A stretch of 64,000 nt of DNA from Camelus ferus. Its lineage: Eukaryota. The stretch covers positions 20,460,001 to 20,524,000 of the forward strand of contig NC_045711.1 of assembly GCF_009834535.1 (NCBI RefSeq). The letters run 5' to 3'. Below, piece by piece: positions 1 to 10,488 of this stretch. A program made the translations under genes and the position numbers. The notes below the pieces were generated by a model. That model had not been told where the DNA came from. It was given only the letters and a program-made list of their open reading frames with translations, and did no database searches. How positions within the stretch are numbered: position 1 is the first letter of the stretch; every line of letters begins with the position of its first letter.

Positions 1-225
1 GGCTTGCACTGGGGTGACAGCATGGTCAGGGTCCCTTCTAGAAACTGGTCAGGAGGTTCTGGGTCTGACACCTGCCAGGACTGGTGGAGAACCGCCACCA
101 GAGCCCCACGGGCTCCTGGGGGAGCGCACTGGGAGTGTGCCTTGACACTGTGTCAGACCGAGGTGTCCACAGGCCCTGGTGGGGACGTGAGGGACAAAGG
201 CCAGAGAACGTGACCAATGAGGAAC

Positions 226-3200
226 CTCCGTGAAGCGCAAGTGCTCCGAGTCCTCCAGGCTCTGCCGGGACCTCTTCTTCTCGAGCTCCAGGCGCTCTGG
301 AAGCACGGGGGATCGCGTGGGCAGGGCTCCTCTGGTGGCCCCCTGGCTCCCAGGGTCCCCGTCTCCAGGCCCCAGCAGCTGGCCTGGTGTGCCTACCTTC
401 GGCCTGGACTGCCCGCAGCTTCAGCTCGGCAGCCGTGTTGCTCAGCTCCTGCCGGGCCAGGAACAGCTGCTCCTGCTGAGACTTCGCCTTCCGCTCCAGC
501 TTGTCCACCTGAGCCAGTGTCCAGGGAGGGAAGCTTAGGTCCCTGTCGCGAAGCCCCACCCCGGGCTCTCCAGGCGCCTGGCCCCACGCCCCCAGACCTG
601 GTTTCGCAGAAGCAGGTTCTTTTCGTTGGCAGCAGACAAGTCTCTGAGGAGCTTTGACTCCCGCTCTGCAGCTTCCTGGGGGTGAGACAGGGAAAGGGCG
701 CCACTGGCCACCCGCCGCCATGCCCCACCTGCCTGCCCCACGCCCGCCTGCCGCCCAGCCCTCCCTGCCCACCTGCTGCTCCAGCCTGTGCTCCTTCGCC
801 TGTCTCTGTGCCTGGCTCCGACGTTCCTGTTCTGCAGCGGCCAGGAGCTCCCCCAGGTCCCGGGCCTTCTGCTCCGACAGAGCCAGGGCGGCCTCAGCCA
901 TCTGCAGCCTGCAAGGAGGAAGAGCCAGCCTTGCCAGCCGACCGTGAGCTCCGCCCCGGCCCCGCCTCCAGCCTTGCTAAGTCCTTGCTGTTCTCCCTCG
1001 TGCCAGGTGTCTACCCAGCTAACACTCGGCTCCTCCAAAAAGCCTTCCCAAGTCGGCACCCCAGCCGCTTCCCACTTCTACTTTGTACACTGGGGTCTTG
1101 AGTCCTCGCCTGGACGGTCCTCCTCTGCCCTGTGGGCAGGTCTCTAAAGTGTTCCAAAGCACCCCCGACCCCAGTCCTGTGCTCTGTCCCTCCTTACTTG
1201 GCCTTGAGGGCTTTGATGACGGAGTGCCTCTCGTCCAGGGCTTCCTGAAGCTGCCCTACACGCACTGCTGATGCCCTGCGGGCCAAGAGGAAGGTCCACG
1301 AAGCCCAAGCCCCAGAGCCTCTCCGGGGTTGGCCCTGTAGCAGCCGCTGGTCGTCATGCTCACACAGTGGGCTGAGAATGTGCTCGGTGCTGCCTCTGAC
1401 CCTCCAGCCCACTGGCTCAGGGAATACACCCCACGACCACAGGTGAGGTCACTCTGAGGCTAGAGCCGGGATTCGAACCCCGGGCACCTCCACCGCGCCG
1501 CCCCTCTGCCCCCAGTTCTGGGGCCATGCTCACCTGCTGCTCCGGGCCATCTCTTCTCTCTGCCTGTCAATCGTCTCCATCAAGTCCAGGAACTGGGGAC
1601 AGAACCGGACAGAACCCCTTCAGGGTCCAGAGCCTGCCCGCTGCCCATGCGGGCGGGAAGGTGGCCAACATGCACTGAGGCAGCAGGACACCAAGCGGCT
1701 CAGCCCCATCCAAACGGAGGATGGGTCCCATGAAGGGGAACCCACCCACCCAGCCAGAGGGCATCAAACAAGAGGCTGCCTCCTGGGCCTGGGTGGGCTG
1801 TTTGGAGAGATTCCAGGGCCAAAGGAGTGAGATGGCCCTGGCACTGGGCCAAGGGGGGGCCCTTCATCCACAGGGCAGGGCTGGGGTTGCGGCCGGGCAG
1901 GCGTCTGCGGTCAGAGACGGTGCCACCCTCACCTGCTTGGACTTCTCTTCCCGGAGGTGCTGCACCTCCTTGCTGAGCACGTGGGTGCGGGCCTGGTTCT
2001 CCCGGAAGGCGGTCTGCCGGTCCTGGTTGTGGTCCATGGCCTGCTCTGTTGGGAAAAGCCAAGTCATCTACCAGGGGTGCTGAGCCTTGGGAGTGGCTGA
2101 TGGCCGGCCGAACCCCGTGCCCAGAAGGCCCCGTGTAAGGCAGTGTCTCACCCCACAAGTCAGACAGACCCCTCAGGGCACTAGCAGATGAGGGGCTCAG
2201 CAGGGGTGGGGGTGACGGTGAGGCCAGGAGCTTGGGAGGCACATGGCAGGGGGATGCACAGGAAGCGGTGGAGGAGGCTGCTCCACTTCCACAAGAGGTG
2301 GGCACTTGGGCTCTGCCCCAAATATCAAAGACACACTGCCTGACTTTCAAGAGGTAACTGCTGAGCTCAGCTCCTGGGTTCTAGAGAGATCCAGGACAGG
2401 AGCCAGCCAGAAACAGCCATGGGACCAGAAGCAATGACAACAGCTGGAGGCAGGGCCAAGGACCAAGTGGGAGAGGCCACGTGTTGGGCAGACCCAGCAG
2501 CAGGGTGACCCCACACTAGATTCCAGCCCAAGCTTGGGCCCTCAGGTGGCCGGCGCCGCTGGCAGGACAAGGAGCCATGGGAGTGAGTTGTCGGCGTCAG
2601 GACGGGAGCAGCGCCGGGCAGTCAGCGCTCGCTCTGGTTTTAACGGGCTACAGTCCTGATGCGCTCACGCGCTCTGGCTGAGCCGCCCACCCTGGGTGGC
2701 TAGGCCTCTGTCAGAGGGGATCAGCTTCATGCTCATGACCTGCTCCAAGTGCTGGAAGCTGCCAGCAGCCCGCACGCCCATACCCACAGCTCTGAGGACA
2801 TCCCCCGGGATGCTGTTCCCAGCCAGCTCCAGCCTCCACAGGGTTCTGTTGCTGGGGAGACAGTTCACCAGGGCGCGGCCGCCAAGGAGGCCGATGTGAT
2901 TCCAGCGCAGGTCTGAAAGGAAACCTGTTGTCACCGGACAGAGAACACCTGGCAGGGGTGGGAGGGCCAGGCCAGCCTAAGCTGCTTCCTTTGTGGGGCT
3001 GGGGCTGCCTGTGATCGGCCACAGACCGGGGAGCAGGAGATGCAACCCCCACCCCCACCCCAAGACCCAGACGGCCTGGCTGGGCCTGAGGACCCGGGAG
3101 GGCAGTGCCGGGTGGCCTCACCCAGCTGCTGAAGGCTGGCATTGCTCTTCAGGGCCAGGGCCAGCTCCTCGGCGCCCTTGTGGCTGATCTGGTTGTTGCG

Positions 3201-4870
3201 GAGGTCCAGCTGCCGCAGGGCGCTGTTGGCCGCCAGGGCCCCACAGAAGGTGGCGAAGGCTTCTTCCCAGGTGCCCAGGCTGTTCCACTCCAGGGTGAGG
3301 CTGCGGGAAGCAGGGGCATGAGGTCATGGCACTGGAGGGCATCCTGCTCCCACAGGCTCCAAGGGGGTGAGGAGGGGTGCTGGCTTGGGGGTCTCTGGCA
3401 CTTTCAGGCTGGAGCCGCCTGCTCCCACCTACTCCCCACCCATAAGTGGGAAAGACAGAGACTGGAGTGAAGGAGTGAGCTCTCTCATGTTGCAGAACCA
3501 CGTTCTCTGGAGCCAACCTAGAACCGTGGTTGAGGGCAGCGAGGGCAGGGACCCCCACGCTACCTCTGAATGGACTTGTTCTGTCGGAGGAGTTTTCCCA
3601 GTGCCTCGGCCCCTGTGGCTCGAAGGTTATTGCCCTAGGAAAGGAAGAGGCCAGCCAGTCACTCCCCACCACCCCGGGCTGGGCTCTGACCTCCGTGGTC
3701 AGGCAGTGGGCAAGGCCACGAGAGCTCTAGACAGAAAATGTGGCCCCTGTCAGGTTCTGCTTTCCCTGACCACAGGAGGGCTCCTGGTGTGGACGCTCTG
3801 GAACTCACATTCCTGCCCTCCAGACACTGGCCCCCAAGCAAGAGACCACAAGAAAACGGTGCAGGGCCTGTGTGCCGAGTGCTTACAGAAGGAGTCTCTG
3901 GCTGCCATCTGGACCCCTGGCTGCCAGGACACCTGTATCTCCTCTACCCTCTTCTCAGGTGGCACGCCCCTGAGCACAAATCCACCCACCTTTAGATCCA
4001 GAAACCGCACCACGGTGTTGACACACAGCCCCTGCAGCAGCAGTGTGGCCCCTGGAAGACAGCAGGGCAGTCACTCTCCACCCCTTGGTAGCTCCATCTG
4101 GGGGCAGCTCCCCCAACGTCAGGGAGGGACGACAGTCCCGGTGGCCCCCATTAGTCAGGGTTCATGCCAAAAATGGGTCACCTTACTCACTGTGTCACAT
4201 TGCGGAGGGGGTAGGGTACAGCTCAGTGGTAGAATGTGTGCCTAGCATGCACGAGGTCCTGGGTTCAATCCCCAGTACCTCCGTCAAAATAAGTAAAATG
4301 AAACTTAAAAAAAAAATCTGCCAAGTGCAGAGTCAGCCTGCTGACCCTTGCTGGAACTCTCCTAAGTGGAGGGACCCTACAGAGAAACAGCCCTCTGCTC
4401 ACAGGTTTCACGGGCAGATGCTGCTGCTTGCTGTAACTACAGTAAAGGGGAGAAACCTCGGGGAAGGGTTGGGGTGGGAGGACAGAGAATTCCTTGCTGG
4501 AGGCTGCCAAGCACCAAGGACGGGGCGTGTGCAGCAAACAAGCAGCGAGGCAGAGCAGGAAAGGCTGCCCTGAAGCACAGAGCTTGACTCCAGCCTCAAC
4601 TCTGAAGTTGGAAGGGCTGCCCTGGCTCCTGCCAGCCCTGCGGTGCCCACCTTCCTCGCTCAGCATGCAGTCACTCAGGATGAGCTCGGTCAGCAGTGAC
4701 CCCTTCTGCAACAGCTTGCCCAGGGCCCTGCAGCTGTCCACTGTCAGGCTCTGTGTGGCCAGGTCCAGCCGGCCCCGGGACAGCTCCTGCAATTGCTGCA
4801 GGACACTCTCCTGCGGCTCGGCCCCGCTCTCCTTACACAGCCGGCTGTAGGCGCGCCGGAGCTCCTCCAT
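226..4870 (-). CDS. LRRC45: Leucine-rich repeat-containing protein 45 (centrosome linker), partial; the 3' exons lie beyond the left edge of the window
   Basis: Exons (minus): 4870-4651, 4051-3990, 3634-3564, 3300-3122, 2912-2784, 2045-1933, 1592-1534, 1275-1198, 908-773, 675-598, 508-397, 296-226. All have GT-AG boundaries and the phases add up (1308 nt, 436 codons). The translation [54 protein letters not shown]...[28 protein letters not shown]...[23 protein letters not shown] matches recalled mammalian LRRC45. Confidence 0.96.
4207..4316 (+). mobile_element. tRNA-derived SINE (camelid Vic-1-like), in LRRC45 intron 1
   Basis: GGGGTAGGGTACAGCTCAGTGG (A box)...GGTCCTGGGTTCAATCCCCAGTACCTCC (B box) followed by an A-rich tail. 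Confidence 0.85.
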
Positions 4871-5950
4871 GTCCCTGGAGTGCCAGCAGGGCCTCCCCCG
4901 AACGCTCACCAGCTGGGGCCGGGAAGCCGGGGAAGCAGACTGCTGGCCCTTGCTCGGGGCTCCTGCCCCTGTCGGCAGTAGGGCAGGGCCTCTCCCCCGG
5001 GGGCCTCCAGAGAGCCTCCGGCAGCGCAGTGCGGAGCACAGGGACCCTAAGTCCTCAGCAGCCGAGGAACGAGGAGCAAACTGAGTTGGTTCTACAGGCG
5101 GAGGCCCCAAGAGGACGGGGGCGGGTGATTCCCAGTCGGGGGACCGCTGGAGCCGGGGACCGGGGAGGAGGGCGTCTTCGGGGGCAAAGCCTCCAGCCCC
5201 GGGGCTGGTCCCGGCGTCGCACGCGCCCCTGGGCTCCAGGACCTCAGCCTCAGCCCTCGCGCCGTGGACCCCCGCCCCCTCGCCACGGGTCTACGCGGCC
5301 GCGGCGCGCCTCGGTATCCAGGAAGAGCAGGGAAAGCCGGGAAGGCCTGGCGGAAACTACGACTCCCAGGAGGCCCTGCGGAGGAGTGGGGCTCACCCAG
5401 GCCCAATTAGGGCAAACGAGCGGGCGCGCGCGGCCAGCCCATTGGCTGGAGATGCGAGGGCGGGGCTCCGGAAGGCGCGCTCAGGGCTCATTGGCTGAAG
5501 GCGCAGGGGCGGGGCTTCGGAAGGCGCGCGTCTTGGCCGCAGTCATGGAGGAAACCGGCGCGGGCTTCCGGAAAGTGAGAGAGGGCCCGCGGGGCCGTGG
5601 GTAGCGGGCGAGGGGAGCGGGCTGGGGGCGCCGGGCAGGGCGGGGGACCGGCGCTGGCGCGGGTCTGGCGAGGACTCCGCAGCCCCGCCGGCTGGGTGAC
5701 CCACGTGCGGGTTCCGAGCCAGCCCCCGCGCTGCCGGCCGGTGCCTTCTAGGGTGGGCCCATCCCCAGAATCCGGCCACGACCCCCACCCCGCGCGCCCT
5801 TCATCCTCCGTGGATGGGGTCTCGCGGCCGGGTAGCAGAACGTTGGTAGGCACCCTGGTCTGCGGCAGGAGGGTGAGGGTCTGCAAGTGCCGGCGGAAGT
5901 GCCGGGGGACTCCCTAGGTGCTCTAGCACAGAGCGGCCCAGCTCGCTGGT
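4800..5950. promoter_or_regulatory. CpG island / bidirectional promoter shared by LRRC45 and CENPX
   Basis: The start codons are 675 bp apart (4870 and 5545) and CpG density is high. Motifs: ZNF143/THAP11-like ACTACGACTCCCAGGAGGC at 5356-5374, CCAAT boxes at 5403, 5441 and 5490, GC boxes, and ETS-like CGGAA motifs. Confidence 0.85.
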
Positions 5951-8797
5951 AGTCACATCCCTGCGTCCTCTAAAGCTTACTTTTGGCCTCTTCCCTGTCA
6001 CGCCCGCTCTGTGCTTTGCGCTTCACCCGAGTCCGGCCGGCTGTGTCATCTGGGGTGTCTGGCTCCACCAGTGCTTTTCTTAGCTCCACACCTCGCACAG
6101 TCAGGCACTGTTCCATGCACTTAACATAGGTTAGCCCACTTAACTGCTCAACCACTACTTCCACTTACCAGTGGGACCATCCGCCTCCGGAGTCTGCCCC
6201 TTTGCTCTGCACCTGGCGGGTGCGTCTCTGGGTAGGCGGGTAGCGAGGTCCGCTGGCTCCCATACCCTGCAGGCTGTGAGTGGGCTCTGAGTCTCACTTT
6301 GTTGCCCTGCTCTAAGGTCAGTAGGCCCTGAGCCCTTGCCATCAGGCCTTTGTGGACCTGGGGCGGGAGGGAGGGTCACAGCCCGTGAGCACTTCCTTGT
6401 GCAGCCAGCCCCCGGTGAGGGTTTTTCCTCTTCTTTATCACCCAGGATCACCACTGCCCTGGCCTGAAAGGGGTTAGTGATGTCAAAGGGAAAATCACTG
6501 CGACTGGGTGACTGGCGGGGTTGTAGGAGCCCCCCACCATGACGGCTGCAGAGGGGAGCACTTGCCTGGGCCTCCTTCCCACGGTCCTGGGCAGCCCTGG
6601 AGTCCACCCCAAGGGCTTTGGCCCGAGCTGGGGTTGTGGTCATCACCCAGGTTCAGGGCTGTCCTGGACCAGGGTGACAGGGAGGGAGGGGTCGTGGTAC
6701 CTCCATGCAGTGGGGCAAAGGCTGACTGCACCCCACGTCCCATCCTGCTCTCTGCAAGCTTATGGAACCTCCTCTCCCAGCTGGTGCTGCTTCCTTTAAT
6801 TGTCACGACAAGCTAATGCACCTGCCCCCAGTGCAGCAGCCCGGCTGAGTTAGCTCTTCCCCAGGGTCTGGGAGCAGGTGGGGCAGTAGAGCCCCCTGGG
6901 CCTTTTCTGGTACCTTTCAGGGACACAGCAAGGACCAGCAGGTGGCGCCAAGCTCACAGGTCACTGCTGGGAGGGTGAGGCCAGTGCAGCCACTGCCCCA
7001 AGTGACCTGTGGCAAGCTCTTACCGTCCCGAGCCCAAGCCCTGCTCCCTCGCACCCTCCTCCACTCTGCTCCCCAGCTCTACTGAGCTGCACTGGGCCAG
7101 GGATGCCACTGCCTGTGACCAAGGCTGGAGGCCTGATGGGTCCCCAGCTCACCATCCCTGCACGACACCCTGTTGCTGGGCTGCTGGGTGCCCACAGCTG
7201 GTGTCCTCCTGCCACCCCGGCGTTCTGCTCTACCGGCTCATTTGCAACCTCTTCTAGCCGCTTCCTGTCCTGGGCAACCTCCCTCGCCCACCCACGTGCG
7301 GCCACCTCCCAGATCCTCACCCCCCAACTTCGACCTTCTCTCAGTCACAGCCACTCACTGGCCACTCTGCTTGGGCGCCTCATGCAACATGTCCCCAGCT
7401 GAGCGCCTGCATTGCTGGGCCCCAGAATCCACTTCTGCTTAGTGGCAGCATCCTTTAGGGCTCAAGCCTCCGCCTTGAGGAGTCTTGGCCCTGACCTGCC
7501 CTGGTCCCATCCCCCTTGTCCCGCATCTTGACTGCTCATTGATGGAGGAGCCCGGCCCCTGCCCAGCTCTGTGGCTCCCACGGTGCCCTTCCCTGTTACG
7601 CGAAGATTCCCTTACTCCCCACGCAGCAGGCTCCAGGGAGGGACCTGGGATGGAGCTGACCAAGTGCCTGGAGCAGGGTTTGGCAAAGCTAGGCGGTGCT
7701 GGTGGCATGGACTGGCCTGTAAAGGGGCCACTGTGGGGAGAGCACCTGGTTCCTGGGGGCAGGAGCACCAGACTGCTCTGGATCCCAGGAGGACTGGAGC
7801 CCCGGAAAACAGCGGGCAGGCACCTGGACCACTCCCACCTGTCTGCCACACGCATCTAATTTCTGGTTCTGGAGATTTCTCCCCACCCCGGCAGAGGCCC
7901 CACTGTCAGAGCGTTTCCAGCTGGAAATCACAACCCCATCCCAACCAGCACTAAATGCCTAAGGAGTCTGCAGCAGCCGGGGGTGAGGCGGGGCGGGGGG
8001 CAGCGGCCCACTGATGCCCACTGTGTTCCCACAGGAACTAGTGAGCAAGCTGCTGCACCTGCACTTTAAAGAGGACAAGACCAAAGGTGTGTGACGGGGG
8101 GGCGGGGGCTGGGGGGCTGCCAGGCCCGGGGGCTCCACTGTAGCTCTGCAGGGACCAGGGCCTCAGGGAGGGCTGGGGAGGGGGCTGAAGGGCACCAGCA
8201 GGGCCGAGCCAGGTCAGAAGTGGGGCAGGGAGGGGGTGCATGTCCCCTAACACCCCCTTCACCTTGCAGTCAGTGGGGACGCACTGCAGCTCACGGCGGA
8301 GCTCCTGAAGATCTTTGTCATAGGTGAGCAGAGGGGCCCTGGCAGCGTCCCCTGGTGTCCCACCCGCTCCTGTGCAGACCATTCATGATCTCTCTGGTTT
8401 CTGTGGAGAAACCAAAACACTTTTCACATTTTTCCCACAAGCACCTAAGCTGTGTCCCTGGAAAGCCTCGTGTTTCAGGGGCCTCAGGCTCAGTCTTCTG
8501 AGCTGTCAGCTGGCACAGGGGTGGAGGAGCCACCAGGGCTGAGGCCTGGGAGGTTTGGGGTTCCAGCCCCCCAGCCTTACTTCCCCCGTGTTGCGGTAGA
8601 AGCAGCCATCCGCAGCGTGCGGCAGGCCCAGGCGGAGGAGCTGGGCTGCGTGGACTTGGACCAGCTGGAGAAGGTGCTGCCTCAGCTGGTAGGTGGGCCT
8701 CCGGCAACACGGCCTGGCGGAGGGGGTGTGGGGGGTGAGCTGGCACGCACCCGCAAGGCCCTGAGTGCCCCTCCCTCCACAGCTTCTGGACTTCTAG
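5545..8797 (+). CDS. CENPX: Centromere protein X (CENP-X/MHF2/STRA13), histone-fold protein, 79 aa
   Basis: Exons 5545-5574, 8035-8086, 8270-8323, 8600-8688, 8783-8797 (240 nt). Translation: [79 protein letters not shown]. Splice sites are canonical and there is an AATAAA at 9285. Confidence 0.96.
6085..6160. mobile_element. MIR fragment
   Basis: CAGGCACTGTTCCATGCACTTAACATAGGTTAGCCCACTTAACTGCTCAAC resembles the MIR 3' region. Confidence 0.4.
6935..6948 (+). promoter_or_regulatory. Candidate CTCF site in CENPX intron 1
   Basis: CCAGCAGGTGGCGC fully matches the CCASYAGRKGGCRS core. Confidence 0.45.
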
Positions 8798-9284
8798 GGG
8801 TGTCCACCCTCACTGGCAGCCTGTCCGAGTCACCAGCAAGTCCCATGTCCACGTGTTCTCCACGGCTTCTGGCTTCAGACGAGGCGGGAGCTGCTGATCC
8901 TCCAGGTTCTCCAGCTCCGAGGACTGGCCAGGTCCCAGCAAGCGTACCGCCCTTCCTCATTGTCCTCTCTCCCTGCTGCTGACAGCCTGGACACAGCAGA
9001 TGGGGGGGTGTCACTGACAGGATGGGGGCCTGAGTGGGGAACCTGGGCAGGTGCCCTCCCCTTGCGCCTCCTGGGGCAGCTGAGAAGCACTTGGTCTTTG
9101 GGGAGCAGGTGCCAGGAAGAGCGGGACCGTTGCCCAAGCAGTTAGCCCATATGTACCCCGCAGACAAACGGAAGTGCATGGTTCTGCACTGACATCAAAG
9201 TTCGTAAGTCACCTCCAAGCCATTTGATGTTCCTCCCAGAAGATGCTGCCCTGAACTGTAAGTTTGTCCCCACAAAGCAACATC

Positions 9285-9290
9285 AATAAA
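9285..9290 (+). terminator. CENPX polyadenylation signal AATAAA
   Basis: First AATAAA seen downstream of the CENPX stop codon (about 490 nt after it). Confidence 0.65.
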
Positions 9291-10420
9291 TCAAAGCCAC
9301 CTCCCCAGGCACAGCCTCCTGTTGCCATTAATCACCCCAAGTCGAGTTGCTTCACGTGTGAGCCTCCTGCTGTGCACGGGCCTGGCGCTCGCGCGGAGCC
9401 CCGCACGTGTGGCTGCTCGCCCGGGATGGTGCCTGTGCCACAGGGCGGCTGTGGGTGTGGGGTGTTACTGCTGGCCGGCAGGCAGGCCCAGGAACAAGCG
9501 GGCAGGGCTGCTGGGGGTCACGCCCCTGGGAAGGACCCCTGGCCCAGGGCAACTCCAGGGCCAGGCAGGGTGACCCGGCCACGCTCACCTGGGACCTGCG
9601 AGAAGCTGGGTCTGCAAAGCCTGGCTGCCCTCTGGGACCTCCTCCTGCTTGGCCAGGCCACCTGCACCCCACAGCATCCACCTCCCCTGAATTCTGAAAG
9701 CTGCTTGGATTCCTTGGAGCCCAGGAGGACCCAGCGACCCCGGAGTCAGCGGACCTGGCGCACTGGGGAGGGACACTGGCTCCCCTGCAGCCACGGGCAC
9801 CTGAGGAGCCACGTCCCCGCCCAAAGATGGCATGGTTGGCGGGGCAAGCCCTCCCTCCCTCATTTAGCCCTGCTGTCTTCCCCCTGCACCCCTTCCCCGC
9901 CTCTGCCCCCCACCTTCCTCTCCCCGCTCCCGGCAGGGAGTCTTGGGGCTTCAAAGCTCTGGGTGCATGTGGAAGTAATTAGACCTGAGGGGAGAGGCTG
10001 GCGACCAGTGCCAGAGCCTGTGCCCCACGGACACTTTGAAGTGCACTCAGATGTGGGGCGGGCGGGGCATCGGGAAACCCCAGGCCAGCCCCGCCCTGCT
10101 GGGTGGGGGCTGCAGCCTCCCAGCTCCTGCCGCCTGCGGCACAGCCAAGGCAGGCCATGCCTGGAGGTCCTTCTCCTGAGTTCTCAGAGCGTAATTAATG
10201 ACGTCAGTTAGGTAAAAACTAAGGTTCACGGAGAACACTTGTGCCCATTAAGAGACCAAGGCCCTAGCGAGGAGGCCCAGGGCCCGGCCCGGCCAGGATG
10301 TGGCCCATCCAGTCCGAGGGTCGGCTGGAGGCCCGTGGCTGGGAGGTGGGAGCAGGGCGGAGAATGAAAGAGCCCTCTCCAGGGAAGGAAGACAGAAGGG
10401 TCTCGAGAGAAGCTCGCAAC

Positions 10421-10426
10421 TTTATT
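10421..10426 (-). terminator. ASPSCR1 polyadenylation signal AATAAA
   Basis: TTTATT on the plus strand, about 60 nt downstream of the ASPSCR1 stop codon. Confidence 0.8.
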
Positions 10427-10488
10427 CCCGCTCAGGGTGGGCAGGGGTCCTGTGGCAGGCAGACTGGGCACCTCTGGGCCGGCGGCGC

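Noticed and set aside
4207-4316. tRNA-like A/B boxes (also at 41228, 55816 and 60355)
   Set aside because: There is no cloverleaf or acceptor stem, and the A-rich tails identify these as SINEs rather than tRNA genes.
4871-5110. 80-codon in-frame N-terminal extension of LRRC45
   Set aside because: It begins at TTG, not ATG, is low-complexity 5'UTR, and homology starts at the ATG at 4870.
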